Origin: an uncultured SAR86 cluster bacterium
GTDB lineage: Bacteria; Pseudomonadota; Gammaproteobacteria; Magnimaribacterales; D2472
Length of the DNA stretch: 64,000 bases
Assembly: GCA_902557575.1 (NCBI GenBank)
Contig: CACEAR010000001.1
Coordinates: 262,685-326,684, forward strand
Direction: 5' to 3'
Shown: piece after piece, positions 37,854-47,813 of the stretch
Numbering within the stretch: the stretch's first letter is position 1
Layout: every line of letters begins with the position of its first letter
Program-made: the position numbers and the translations under genes
Notes under the pieces: generated by a model
Databases searched by the model: none
Seen by the model: only the letters and a program-made list of their open reading frames with translations
What the model was told of the DNA's origin: nothing

Positions 37854-38557
37854 TATCCTTCTACAGCCTGTTTTTGGATAGCAACTATTTCCTTAATAGA
37901 TGAACTAGCCTTGCTTACAATTTCAGTGAGTTGTTCTTGCGAAAAAGGACGCTCTTCAGCGGTACCTTGAATTTCAATTAAATCAAGATCCTGGGTCATT
38001 ACAATATTAATGTCTGCATCAGCAGTGCTATCTTCTTGGTAGTCAAGATCAACTAGTATTTCGTCATCTTTAACACCTAAAGAGATTGCAGCCACATATT
38101 GTTCAATTGCTCTTTGATCATCATGGTGATTCTTTATTGCAAGGAAAAGTGCAACGCATCCACCAGTAATTGAAGCAGTTCTTGTACCTCCGTCTGCTTG
38201 AATAACATCGCAGTCAACTTGGATTGTTTTATCTTTTAAATATTTAAGATTTACAGATTGTCTAAGGGATCTTCCGATAAGTCTTTGTATTTCCTGAGTT
38301 CTCCCTGACTGTTTTCCTCTTGCTGCTTCTCTACCCATTCTCTCATTGGTCGATCTTGGAAGCATTCCATATTCAGCTGTTACCCAACCCTTATCTGATC
38401 CCTTCATCCATCTTGGGACATTGTTATCAATACTTGCTGTACAAATTACATGTGTATTGCCAAACTTGACCAATACTGAACCTTCAGCATGAAGATTTAC
38501 ATTTGTCTCAATGGAAATTTCTCTTGCTTGAGTTGGTTTTCTATTATCTCTAGACAT
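37853..38557 (-). CDS. rph: ribonuclease PH
   Basis: AEGSVLVKFGNTHVICTAS, GRTQEIQRLIGRSLR, and DCDVIQADGGTRTASITG. Confidence 0.95.
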   Translation of the reverse strand: MSRDNRKPTQAREISIETNVNLHAEGSVLVKFGNTHVICTASIDNNVPRWMKGSDKGWVTAEYGMLPRSTNERMGREAARGKQSGRTQEIQRLIGRSLRQSVNLKYLKDKTIQVDCDVIQADGGTRTASITGGCVALFLAIKNHHDDQRAIEQYVAAISLGVKDDEILVDLDYQEDSTADADINIVMTQDLDLIEIQGTAEERPFSQEQLTEIVSKASSSIKEIVAIQKQAVEG

Positions 38558-38590
38558 TTATTAATTATATCTTTATGAATTAAAAAAGAA

Positions 38591-39034
38591 TTAAATTAAT
38601 TTTTCTTTAACAATCTTACTTACTAGGCCCATATCAGCTGAATCACCAACTGAACCCTTTAGATGGCCCATTACTTTACCCATATCCTGAGGGCCTGAAG
38701 CGCCAAGCTCAGAAATAGTTTTTGTAACAAGTTCATTGATAGCTTCTTCTGACATCATCTCAGGCATGTATTTATCAAGAACAAGAAGCTCATTTTTTTC
38801 AATCTCTGATAAATCAGCTCGACCACCTTTATCGAATTGCTCAATTGAATCCTTTCTTTGCTTGATCATTTTTTTTAGGGTTGCAAGAACCACTGAATCA
38901 TCAGCGTCAACTCTATTATCAATTTCATATCTCTTAATTTCAGATATCAGCATGCGAAGTGTATCCCTCGTTGCATTATCTTTAGCAAGCATTGCAGCTT
39001 TAAGGTCTGAATTTATTTGGTCTAGGGTCGACAA
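38591..39034 (-). CDS. GatB/YqeY domain-containing protein
   Basis: 147 aa; AMLAKDNATRDTLRMLISEIK...QRKDSIEQF..GGR.DL...E is the YqeY pattern. Follows rpsU. Confidence 0.85.
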   Translation of the reverse strand: MSTLDQINSDLKAAMLAKDNATRDTLRMLISEIKRYEIDNRVDADDSVVLATLKKMIKQRKDSIEQFDKGGRADLSEIEKNELLVLDKYMPEMMSEEAINELVTKTISELGASGPQDMGKVMGHLKGSVGDSADMGLVSKIVKEKLI

Positions 39035-39037
39035 GCT

Positions 39038-39256
39038 TTATCTGTAGGATCTTTGCCTACCGAAGTTATTGATTCTATTGGTCTTTCTTGCTCTTTTCTT
39101 GGCAGCTGCCATCTTCCTTTTTCTCATCTCAGTAGGTTTTTCATAAAACTCTTTCTTTCTAATATCAGGAATAATTGCTGCTTTTTCGCAAGCACGCTTA
39201 AATTTTCGAAGACCAATATCGAAATGTTCCGTGTCTTTTATTATTATTGAAGGCAT
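39038..39256 (-). CDS. rpsU: 30S ribosomal protein S21
   Basis: [48 protein letters not shown]. Divergent from tsaD, as in gammaproteobacteria. Confidence 0.95.
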   Translation of the reverse strand: MPSIIIKDTEHFDIGLRKFKRACEKAAIIPDIRKKEFYEKPTEMRKRKMAAAKKRARKTNRINNFGRQRSYR

Positions 39257-39307
39257 AATTTGGAACGTAGTTTATGCTTTTCTGGAGATATTTGCAAAAC
39301 AATTTTT

Positions 39308-40297
39308 ATGAAAACATTAGGAATAGAAACATCATGTGATGAGACAGCAGTAGCACTGTATGATTCTGCATCTGGAATTATTGCTGAGACTGTTTATAGC
39401 CAGATCGATTTGCATAAAAAATATGGTGGCGTGGTGCCTGAGCTAGCTTCAAGAGATCATTGTGAGAAAATTATCGATGTTTTTAATGATGGGATAGGTG
39501 GAGTTGATCTTCACGACATAGATAGAATTGCATATACGGCTGGACCAGGATTATTAGGCGCTCTAATAGTTGGAGAATCTTTTGCGCAAGGCCTAGCATT
39601 TGCTTTGAATAAACCTTTAATTCCTGTGAATCATCTGGAGGCACACTTTTTGTCACCTTTTTTAGATTTTCCTGAAATTCAGTATCCATTTACTTCTTTG
39701 CTTGTGTCTGGAGGACACTCTTTAATAGTGGATGTAAAAGATTTTGAGGATTATGAAATTATTGGCCAGTCCCTAGATGATGCAGTTGGAGAAGCATTTG
39801 ATAAAGTTGGAAAGCTACTTCAGTTGCCATATCCAGGAGGTCCCCATATAGAGGAAGCAGCAAAAAATGGTGATCCAATGAAATATGATTTTCCGCGTCC
39901 TATGAAACATTCAGATGATCTAAATCTAAGTTTTAGCGGACTAAAGACAGCAGTTTTATACGCAACTAAAGACCTAAACATAAATGATGAAAGATCAAAC
40001 ATATCAGCTTCTTTCCAAGAAGCAGTTATTGATGTTCTTTCCACAAAAATCAAGAAGGCAATGAAACAGACAGGCAATAAGTCTCTTGTAATGGCTGGTG
40101 GTGTAGCTGCAAACAAAAAAATTAGAGCTGCTTTAGATATGTTAGAAGAGAAGGAAGGATTTAAAGTTTTTTATCCTTCAATTAAGCATTGCACTGATAA
40201 CGCAGCAATGATTGCATATCTTGGTTCACTCAAAACAGAGAGCAAAAACATTTATAATTCTAATGTTCGAGCCAGATGGCCAGTGAGTGAGATTTAA
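39308..40297 (+). CDS. tsaD: tRNA N6-adenosine threonylcarbamoyltransferase
   Basis: MKTLGIETSCDETAVALYD start (ATG 39308 rather than the track's 39260), then VSGGHS and GGVAANKKIR. Confidence 0.95.
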   Translation: MKTLGIETSCDETAVALYDSASGIIAETVYSQIDLHKKYGGVVPELASRDHCEKIIDVFNDGIGGVDLHDIDRIAYTAGPGLLGALIVGESFAQGLAFALNKPLIPVNHLEAHFLSPFLDFPEIQYPFTSLLVSGGHSLIVDVKDFEDYEIIGQSLDDAVGEAFDKVGKLLQLPYPGGPHIEEAAKNGDPMKYDFPRPMKHSDDLNLSFSGLKTAVLYATKDLNINDERSNISASFQEAVIDVLSTKIKKAMKQTGNKSLVMAGGVAANKKIRAALDMLEEKEGFKVFYPSIKHCTDNAAMIAYLGSLKTESKNIYNSNVRARWPVSEI

Positions 40298-40645
40298 ATG
40301 GAAGATATTATTTATATAAAAGATCTAAGGATAAAAACCATAATTGGCATTTTTGATTGGGAGCGAAAAGTTAAACAAGAAGTTTCTATTGATATGGAGT
40401 TTCCATTTGATTGCAAAAAAGCAGCTAAAACTGACTCTATTGAAGATACAACAGACTACAAAGCAATTACAAAGGCTGTTATTAAATTTGTCGAAGAGTC
40501 ATCATTCCAGCTTCAAGAAACGCTCGCTGAAAATATTGCAGAATTGGTCAAAAGAGACTTTGGTGTTAAGTCTATTAAACTAAGAGTATCTAAACCAGGC
40601 GCACTTCGTGGCGCTAAAGATGTTGGTCTTATTATCCATAGATGA
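40298..40645 (+). CDS. folB: dihydroneopterin aldolase
   Basis: 115 aa; IYIKDLRIKTIIGIFDWERKVKQEV..D and a C-terminal KLRVSKPGA. Confidence 0.85.
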   Translation: MEDIIYIKDLRIKTIIGIFDWERKVKQEVSIDMEFPFDCKKAAKTDSIEDTTDYKAITKAVIKFVEESSFQLQETLAENIAELVKRDFGVKSIKLRVSKPGALRGAKDVGLIIHR

Positions 40646-41016
40646 AATATTACCTATCACTTGGAAGCAATATTAATGCAGAAGAGAATTTAGCTTTTGC
40701 CATTGAAGAGCTTAATAAGGTTCTTTCGAATGTAATTATTTCATCAACCCATAAAACTAAAGCAGAAGGTTTTGAAGGAGATGATTTCCTAAATCTTGTT
40801 CTAGCTGGTGATTCAAATCTTGATTTTGACTTGCTAAATAAAGAACTCAAGACTATCGAAGATAGCTCAGGTAGAAAAAGAGATGTCCCGAAGTTTTCAG
40901 CAAGGACTCTTGATATAGATATTGTTCTTCAATTAGATGGAGACGAAATAGTTTTTGAAAGTGATGAAATTAAAAAATATCTTTTCGTATCAGAGCCTCT
41001 CAAAGAATTAATTTGA
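40642..41016 (+). CDS. folK: 6-hydroxymethyl-7,8-dihydropterin pyrophosphokinase (short, divergent)
   Basis: YLSLGSNI, GRKR....ARTLDIDIVL and FVSEPL align with HPPK blocks. Only 124 aa. Overlaps folB by 4 nt. Confidence 0.7.
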   Translation: MKYYLSLGSNINAEENLAFAIEELNKVLSNVIISSTHKTKAEGFEGDDFLNLVLAGDSNLDFDLLNKELKTIEDSSGRKRDVPKFSARTLDIDIVLQLDGDEIVFESDEIKKYLFVSEPLKELI

Positions 41017-41052
41017 ATACTTGTTAACAGGACTTCTTGCTATACTTAAATT

Positions 41053-41271
41053 ATGAAAAAGGGGAGTTTTCTAACAGAGCATCTTCGTGCAATTGATAAG
41101 TCATACTTTGAGCATCTAAAAGATGCCTTATATTACGGATTTAGGCTTTTGATAGGTGGTATAGGTGCGATATTGCATGCAATTTTTCCATTTATTCTTA
41201 CTACAATAGCTAGTGATACTATCAACGACCTTCACAAGATGAACGTTAATAGATTGAATTCAGACGATTAA
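41053..41271 (+). CDS. small hypothetical membrane protein (possibly DUF6356-like)
   Basis: 72 aa; pattern SYFEHLKDALYYGFRLLIGGIGAILHAIFPF. The family assignment is from memory and tentative. Confidence 0.4.
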   Translation: MKKGSFLTEHLRAIDKSYFEHLKDALYYGFRLLIGGIGAILHAIFPFILTTIASDTINDLHKMNVNRLNSDD

Positions 41272-42330
41272 TCAAAAATTTGATTCAACAATAGACCAGG
41301 CACCCTTTGATAGAGGGAAAACATTCATACCTCTCTCTTCAGCATGTTTGCTTGCAGCAGTTCCATCTCTTACTCTCCCTAAAATACCCTGACAGATTGC
41401 GGCCACTTTAAAAAGACTATAAACCATATAAAACTCCCAGTCTTGGGATAAATCTTTACCGGTTTGCTCAGAATACATATCTCTATATTGCATCTCATTT
41501 GGTATTCCTAAATCTTTCAACTTTGTATGATCATAAAAATTAGGTAGGGTTCTCCATGTTAAACAGTGATAGCAAAAGTCAGCAATAGGATGTCCCAGTG
41601 TTGAGAGCTCCCAATCAAGAACACCAACGACATCAAAATTAGAATAAATCATATTATCCAATCTAAAGTCACCATGAACGATTGATGTTTCATCATCTTC
41701 TGGAATATTTTTAGGTAACCACTCTATGAGTTTATTCATTTCATCGATATTTTCAGTTTCAGAGGCTAGATATTGTCTTGTCCAAGTATTAACCTGTCGA
41801 GCAACATAGTTACCGGACTTCCCATAATCCTCAAGACCAACTTTTTTATGATCAACACTGTGAAGGCTGGCTATAACCTTATTTTTATTTTTATAAATTA
41901 GTGCTCTTTCCTCAGGAGAACATTTTGGCAGCATATGATCCCAATAAACTGTTCCATCAACGTACTCCATTAAAAAAAATGGAGTTCCTACAACTGAATC
42001 ATCCTCACAAAGGCCATAAGTTTTAGGAACAGGCACATCAGTTTCATATAATGCAGTTATAACCTTATACTCTCTATCAACTGCATGCGCTTTTGGTAAA
42101 AGCTTGCCAGGTGGTTTTCTTCTTAAAACATAAGCATTATTTTCAGTCGAAATTTTATATGTTGGATTTGACTGCCCACCCTTAAATTGCTCAATTTTTT
42201 CTATATTGCCTGAGTCTTTAACATTATCATTAATCCACTCTTGCAGAAGCTTAGACTCAAATTTTAGATTTTCAGAAACTTCTTTTGTTCCAGTATAAGT
42301 ATCATCATTAAGCTGAAACTCTTCTGTCAT
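41272..42330 (-). CDS. phosphotransferase-family kinase (APH/ACAD10-N-terminal-like)
   Basis: FKGGQSNPTYKI..YVLRRKPPGKLLPKAHAVDREYKV, catalytic HGDFRLDN, and LDWELS. Confidence 0.75.
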   Translation of the reverse strand: MTEEFQLNDDTYTGTKEVSENLKFESKLLQEWINDNVKDSGNIEKIEQFKGGQSNPTYKISTENNAYVLRRKPPGKLLPKAHAVDREYKVITALYETDVPVPKTYGLCEDDSVVGTPFFLMEYVDGTVYWDHMLPKCSPEERALIYKNKNKVIASLHSVDHKKVGLEDYGKSGNYVARQVNTWTRQYLASETENIDEMNKLIEWLPKNIPEDDETSIVHGDFRLDNMIYSNFDVVGVLDWELSTLGHPIADFCYHCLTWRTLPNFYDHTKLKDLGIPNEMQYRDMYSEQTGKDLSQDWEFYMVYSLFKVAAICQGILGRVRDGTAASKHAEERGMNVFPLSKGAWSIVESNF

Positions 42331-43055
42331 AATAAAGATCTGCCGCCATCTACGTTAATAGCTTGACCAGTAATATATTCAGAATCTACAAGAAACTTTA
42401 CAGTTCCAGCAATATCTTTTTCAGTTCCCAGTCTTCCTAGAGGGATTGCAGAAAGTATTTTATTTTTTACTTCTTCGCTCCACGAAGATCCAGGCGGTTC
42501 TAGGATTGCTCCGGGAGCAACAGCATTTACTCTTATATCAGGAGCTAGCTCTCGTGCTAACACTTTTGTCGCCGCTAAAAGACCTCCTTTTGCAGCTGTA
42601 TAGATTGAAAACTTTGCTAAACCTCTACCAACGTTCATATCGGTCATATTTATAATTACGCCTTTTGATTCTTTTAGCAGATCAATTAATCCATTAATTA
42701 GAAAGAGGGGCCCTTTAAGGTTACTGCCAATAAGTTGATCCCAGTCTTTGAGGGTTAGCTCTCCAATAGGAGTTGGATAGAAAGAGGAAGCATTGTTTAC
42801 AATTGCATCCAGTGACCCAAAACAGCTTTTTACCTCATCAATCATTCTTTCAACATGATCATCTTTATCAAGGTTAGCCTGTACAACTTTTGCTGATGAA
42901 TCAAAGTTTTCCTCAATCTCTCTCGCTAAAGCTTCAGCTTTTTCAGTAGAACTATTGCAGTGAATTATTATATTCCAACCATCTTTAGCAAAAGTTAATG
43001 CAATTTCTCTTCCAATTCTTACTGCTGCACCTGTTACTAAGATTGTTTTTTTCAT
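42327..43055 (-). CDS. short-chain dehydrogenase, pteridine reductase/FolM-like
   Basis: TGAAVRIG (the TGxxxRIG variant typical of pteridine reductases), NNASSFYPTP, and YTAAKGGL. Near folB-folK. Confidence 0.6.
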   Translation of the reverse strand: MKKTILVTGAAVRIGREIALTFAKDGWNIIIHCNSSTEKAEALAREIEENFDSSAKVVQANLDKDDHVERMIDEVKSCFGSLDAIVNNASSFYPTPIGELTLKDWDQLIGSNLKGPLFLINGLIDLLKESKGVIINMTDMNVGRGLAKFSIYTAAKGGLLAATKVLARELAPDIRVNAVAPGAILEPPGSSWSEEVKNKILSAIPLGRLGTEKDIAGTVKFLVDSEYITGQAINVDGGRSLL

Positions 43056-44071
43056 TTAGATTCCTTTATTGATTCTATATAGAGATTTTTTTTCATTTTC
43101 ATCATATCTTCTTTAGGAGCTTCACCTAAAATAGAAAAATCTTTAGATAGGATATTATCTTTCAATTTCATTAAATAATCTCTTTTGTTCTCAAAAAATT
43201 TGAGTTTTATTATTTCTTCGACTTCTTTTTGATTTCTATGAAAATTTATTTTTTCTAACTTATCGATAAGGTTTTCCTGATTTTCTTCAATATCAATAGC
43301 AGCAAGCTGAAAAGATAAGTTTGTAAGATCAATAAATTCTCTAGGAAGCTCTAGAGATTCGTGCAGTGAAAAATTGTTTTGAAGTTCTAATTCGATCCAT
43401 TTTAATTGGGGTGAATTACTCTCATTTACATCATATGAGCTTATTTTAGAAAACCATGGATCAGTTAAGCCTAATGCAACAAGAGATGAAAAAAAGTTTG
43501 CAGACCTTGGTGAAGATAATGCAGTTCTTAGTTCCATCCAAATTCTGTCAGCAGATAAATGATCTAATTCATTCGATTTACCGATACTTCTAATACTCTC
43601 CTCAGTGGTCTTGTCCAGAGCAAAATCAGCCAAATGAGGATATGTTTTAAACTTTGCATATCTTATTGATCGAAGGGGATCCTCAGAAAAAGATTCCGAG
43701 GTTTGTCTGAAAATCTTATCTTTTAAATCTTCAAGACCACCATGTGGGTCTATTAGACTTCCATTTTCATCTTTTGCTATAGAATTAATAGTGAAGTCGC
43801 GTCTTTTAAGATCTTCCTCAAGAGTCACTGTTTCATCATAGTAAAAAGTAAAACCTTTATAACCCTTTCCCGACTTTTTTTCAGTTCTTGCAAGAGCATA
43901 TTCTTCATTGGACTCAGGATGCAGAAAGACAGGGAAATCTTTTCCGATAGGTTTGAAACCTTCGGCAATCATTTTCTCTGGTGATGACCCAACTACAACC
44001 CAATCCTTATCATTTGCTTCTACGCCTAGAATCTCGTCCCTAATGGATCCACCAACCTGAAATATTTTCAT
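43052..44071 (-). CDS. cca: CCA-adding tRNA nucleotidyltransferase (no recognisable HD domain)
   Basis: The N-terminus MKIFQVGGSIRDEILGVEANDKDWVVVGSSPEKM...PVFLHPESNEEYALARTEKKSGKGYKGF tracks E. coli Cca. 339 aa versus 412 aa. Confidence 0.85.
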   Translation of the reverse strand: MKIFQVGGSIRDEILGVEANDKDWVVVGSSPEKMIAEGFKPIGKDFPVFLHPESNEEYALARTEKKSGKGYKGFTFYYDETVTLEEDLKRRDFTINSIAKDENGSLIDPHGGLEDLKDKIFRQTSESFSEDPLRSIRYAKFKTYPHLADFALDKTTEESIRSIGKSNELDHLSADRIWMELRTALSSPRSANFFSSLVALGLTDPWFSKISSYDVNESNSPQLKWIELELQNNFSLHESLELPREFIDLTNLSFQLAAIDIEENQENLIDKLEKINFHRNQKEVEEIIKLKFFENKRDYLMKLKDNILSKDFSILGEAPKEDMMKMKKNLYIESIKESK

Positions 44072-44865
44072 AATGACTTTATTTTAAAGATTTTTCTGTC
44101 ATTAATCCTTATCGCTTTTAAATGTCCACCCCAAACACAACCAGCATCAAGACCGATTACATTTCTTTTATTTGTCTTGCCTTTCAAAGCAGCCCAATGA
44201 CCAAATAGCTGATAGCTATCTTTTTCATTTTTTATAAATTTGAACCAAGCTTTATATTTACTATTTCTTGAAGAGACCTTAGTTTTAAGATCAACCTGAC
44301 CTTCTTGAGTTATTAGTCGCATTCTTGTGAAGTAATTAATTATTACTCTTATTCTGCTAAAACCTCTCAAGCTTTCTGACCATATATCAGGATGATCTCC
44401 CCACATATTTCTAAAAACACCACCAGGATTCTTTTTCATCGCCTTTAAATACTCCTCATTAAGTCTTCGAGCATCCCCTAAATCCCAAATATGAGGAATC
44501 CCAGCATGTGAAATAATAAATTTCTCATTTTTATTATTTTTTCTTTCAAGCATTAGAGGTTTTTCGATTAGCCAGCTAAAAAACTTCTTTTTATTCTTAG
44601 ATTCAAGGATAGGGGCTAGCTGATAGTTTTTTTTATTTTGATGAATAAGATAAAGAAGATAAATATCATGATTTCCAAGCACAACCTCAATTGACTTTTT
44701 ATTTTCAAGGCAGAATTCAAGCACCTCCAGAGATTTGGGGCCTCTATTTATAAGATCGCCTGCAAAAATTAATTCATCATTTTTTGGATTAAAACTTATT
44801 TTGTCCAGAAGAAGCATTAACTCATCGAAACATCCCTGGACATCACCAATGACATAGCTAGGCAT
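44068..44865 (-). CDS. apaH: bis(5'-nucleosyl)-tetraphosphatase, symmetrical
   Basis: GDVQGC, GDLINRGP and GNHD metallophosphatase motifs. Confidence 0.9.
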   Translation of the reverse strand: MPSYVIGDVQGCFDELMLLLDKISFNPKNDELIFAGDLINRGPKSLEVLEFCLENKKSIEVVLGNHDIYLLYLIHQNKKNYQLAPILESKNKKKFFSWLIEKPLMLERKNNKNEKFIISHAGIPHIWDLGDARRLNEEYLKAMKKNPGGVFRNMWGDHPDIWSESLRGFSRIRVIINYFTRMRLITQEGQVDLKTKVSSRNSKYKAWFKFIKNEKDSYQLFGHWAALKGKTNKRNVIGLDAGCVWGGHLKAIRINDRKIFKIKSL

Positions 44866-45604
44866 TTTTGTAAATCTCTAGAAAATCTTCAAGGCTAAGC
44901 TGCTCAGCCCGTAAATTTTTGTCAAACTTCAACTTTTCCCAATTTATATTATGTTTTTTTAAATTATTGAATATGGTCTTTCTTTTAGACTGGAAGGATA
45001 AATCTATAATTTGAAATAGTTTCTTTATTTCAAAGGCCTGACTATTTATTGGCTTGAACCTTACCAGAGAAGAATCAACTTTAGGCTTGATATCAAATGC
45101 TTCAGGAGATATATCCATCAATATCTCAGTTTCATAAAAAAAAGCTACTTTCACAGCAAATTTATTCCAACTCTTATTTCCTGGACTTGAGGTAAGAACT
45201 TCGGCCATTTCTTTTTGGACCATAAAGTGCATATCAAAAATTTTATTATTCAATTCTAAAAATCTAAGTATTATTTGAGACGCTATGTTGTAGGGGAGGT
45301 TACCGACGATCCTATCATTATTCTCTATAAAACTAAGATCAATTTTTAGAACATCCTCTTCGAATATCTCAATTTCATTTCCAAGAGAGTTCTTTAAATA
45401 AGCTACATTTTTTCTATCAATTTCTATAAGAGTAAGATTTTTAGAATTATTTTTTATACCTTCCGTTATTGCTCCTTGACCAGGACCAATCTCGATAAAG
45501 CTATCTTCCTTTCCAGGATTAATTTTATCTACTATTTGGTAGATAACAGACTTATCGCTTAAGTAATTTTGCCCAAAGCGCCTTCGGGATGATCTATCAA
45601 TCAT
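44858..45604 (-). CDS. rsmA: 16S rRNA (adenine1518/1519-N6)-dimethyltransferase
   Basis: RRFGQNYL, EIGPGQGAIT and GNLPYNI. Confidence 0.9.
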   Translation of the reverse strand: MIDRSSRRRFGQNYLSDKSVIYQIVDKINPGKEDSFIEIGPGQGAITEGIKNNSKNLTLIEIDRKNVAYLKNSLGNEIEIFEEDVLKIDLSFIENNDRIVGNLPYNIASQIILRFLELNNKIFDMHFMVQKEMAEVLTSSPGNKSWNKFAVKVAFFYETEILMDISPEAFDIKPKVDSSLVRFKPINSQAFEIKKLFQIIDLSFQSKRKTIFNNLKKHNINWEKLKFDKNLRAEQLSLEDFLEIYKNA

Positions 45605-46572
45605 TAGATTAGGTTATCAGCTGCATAGAAAGCATTCTTCAAAGAGGAATTATTCGCAATACCCTTTCCAGCAATATCTAAGGCAACCCCATGATCAACT
45701 GAAGTTCTTACAATTGGCACACCTAAAGTAATATTAATTGAATCTCCAAAACTTAAAGCTTTTAGCACTGGAAGTCCTTGGTCGTGATACATAGCAAAAT
45801 ATGCATCAGTTTCATCAAGAAGATTTTTATTGAATGCTGTATCTGCAGATAGGGGCATAGACACATCAACATTAGAAGCAATTAATTCTTTTACAGCAGG
45901 TATTATTGTTTCAATTTCTTCCTTTCCTAATTTTCCTCCTTCTCCTGCATGCGGATTAAGCCCTAGAAGAGAAATCTTAGGCTTTGCAATATTGAACTTT
46001 GATTTCAGCTCTTGATTTAAAATCTTTACTTTATTAATTATTAGATCTGTCGTAATCGATTCTGAAACCTTATTTAATGGCATATGTGTTGTTGCTAAAG
46101 CTACCTTTAGTCTTTCTGAAGCTAGCAGCATCAGCACATCATCACTGTTAGTCTTTTCCATTATTCTCTCAGTATGACCAGAGAAGGAATATCCTCCTTC
46201 AACAATATTCTCTTTACTTATTGGCCCAGTCACTAACCCTAAACCTTTGCTTTTCATACACACGTCAATTCCAAAATCAAGATTCTTAATTACATACTCA
46301 GAGTTAGTAGAATTTAGCCTGCCGCTTGAGATGTCTGGACACTTCATAATCTCAAGACACCCAACTTTTTCATTTATATCATTGATATCAGTAAAAGTGC
46401 TTATTTCGAAGCTATATCCCAATTCTTTTGCTCTTGAAGCAAAAAGTTTTTGGTCGCCTAAACAAACAACATTTGCTTTTATAAATTTAAAGAAATCTTC
46501 ATTTAAAAGGCTTAAAAATAGGTCTGGTCCAATGCCTGCTGGGTCACCGGGAGAATAAATTATAGTTTTCAA
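45604..46572 (-). CDS. pdxA: 4-hydroxythreonine-4-phosphate dehydrogenase
   Basis: GDPAGIGPD, GLNPHAGEGG, YHDQGL and RTSVDHG. Confidence 0.9.
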   Translation of the reverse strand: MKTIIYSPGDPAGIGPDLFLSLLNEDFFKFIKANVVCLGDQKLFASRAKELGYSFEISTFTDINDINEKVGCLEIMKCPDISSGRLNSTNSEYVIKNLDFGIDVCMKSKGLGLVTGPISKENIVEGGYSFSGHTERIMEKTNSDDVLMLLASERLKVALATTHMPLNKVSESITTDLIINKVKILNQELKSKFNIAKPKISLLGLNPHAGEGGKLGKEEIETIIPAVKELIASNVDVSMPLSADTAFNKNLLDETDAYFAMYHDQGLPVLKALSFGDSINITLGVPIVRTSVDHGVALDIAGKGIANNSSLKNAFYAADNLI

Positions 46573-47813
46573 TCTAGATCTTTAAACTCAACAAAAGCCT
46601 CTGCTCTCATTGATCTGAGAGTGTTTTCGAGCTCTTCATCGTATTTTCTTGAAAAGAGAACTGAGTATGCACGTTCTTCAATTTGATAGTCTGTTACATC
46701 TTCAACTCTTTTGCCTGTGACCTCGAGGAAATGAAACCCATATTGAGATTCAAAAACCTCTGAAACTTCATTGACTTCAGAGTTCAACATAACATTCTCA
46801 AATTCAGCTACAGTGGCACCTTTTGGGAGCCATTCAAGATTTCCACCATTTGAGCCAGAGCCAGGATCTTCAGAAAATTCTTCAGCAATCAATGCAAAGT
46901 CTTCGCCTGCAAGAATACGCTCCCGTAAAACTTCTGCTTCTGCCTTTGTTGCATCTACATCTCTAATAGCTGAGGGTATTAATAAAACATGTCTTGTTTC
47001 CCACTGCTCTTCAAACTTTACAAGTGGGCCTCTCTTTTCTTCAAGCTTAAGTAGGTGGAATCCTGATCCTGTTTTAATTGGTTCTGAAACGAACCCAAGT
47101 GACTGATTCCTTATTGCATCAGCAAAAACTGAAGGCATTTCATTAATTTTCCTCCATGGCATTAAGCCGCCCTGTGATTTATTTTGATTTATTGATTTCT
47201 CTTCAACAAGAGCTTCAAAATCTTCTCCCTCTTCAAGCCTTAAAAGGACAGTCTCAGCAGCTTCAAGAGAACTCACTTGTATTTGTCTTACAAGCAATTC
47301 AGGTGTTAGTTGAGCAATTGCTTCCTCTGTAGCTAAGAAGCCCTCAATTTCCTGCGCAGTTATATTAATAGAGCCACTAACAATTCCCCTTTGAACTCTT
47401 TGTATTATCATATCTCTTCTTATTTCTTCTCTTAATTTTTCATAGCTTTGGCCTGAGGCCTCATAATCTTTTATAAATTGCTCAAGATTTACACCATTAT
47501 TTGCTGCAATTTGAATGAATGTTTGGTTGAGTTCGCCATCACTTATCCTTATTCCAAATTCTTGCCCTCTTTGGAGTTGAAGTTCTTGAATAATAAGTTG
47601 TTCTTGGATTTCTTCAAGCAGAGCTTCGGTAGGAGGAAGCTGCATACCTTGTTCTATGGATCTCAATTTTGTAGTTTGAAGTAGGTCTTTAATTTGAGAT
47701 TCCATCACAACTCCTTCATCTACAATAATTGCAACTCGATCAAGCACTTCAATCTTTGCAAACGAAAAAGCAGACATAAGGATTGTGATTTGTATAAGTA
47801 ATAGTTTTTTCAT
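46569..47813 (-). CDS. surA: periplasmic chaperone/PPIase SurA
   Basis: Signal peptide, SurA N-domain, and two parvulin-type domains (GGLMPW, GGNLEW...GFHFLEV). Lies between lptD and pdxA. Confidence 0.9.
   Translation of the reverse strand: MKKLLLIQITILMSAFSFAKIEVLDRVAIIVDEGVVMESQIKDLLQTTKLRSIEQGMQLPPTEALLEEIQEQLIIQELQLQRGQEFGIRISDGELNQTFIQIAANNGVNLEQFIKDYEASGQSYEKLREEIRRDMIIQRVQRGIVSGSINITAQEIEGFLATEEAIAQLTPELLVRQIQVSSLEAAETVLLRLEEGEDFEALVEEKSINQNKSQGGLMPWRKINEMPSVFADAIRNQSLGFVSEPIKTGSGFHLLKLEEKRGPLVKFEEQWETRHVLLIPSAIRDVDATKAEAEVLRERILAGEDFALIAEEFSEDPGSGSNGGNLEWLPKGATVAEFENVMLNSEVNEVSEVFESQYGFHFLEVTGKRVEDVTDYQIEERAYSVLFSRKYDEELENTLRSMRAEAFVEFKDLD

Noticed and set aside
41266-41285. The AATCAAA/TTTGATT inverted repeat at the convergent 41271/41272 junction, as a terminator.
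   Set aside because: It is a 7-bp all-AT-dominated stem, too weak to call. It likely reflects overlapping stop-region sequence.
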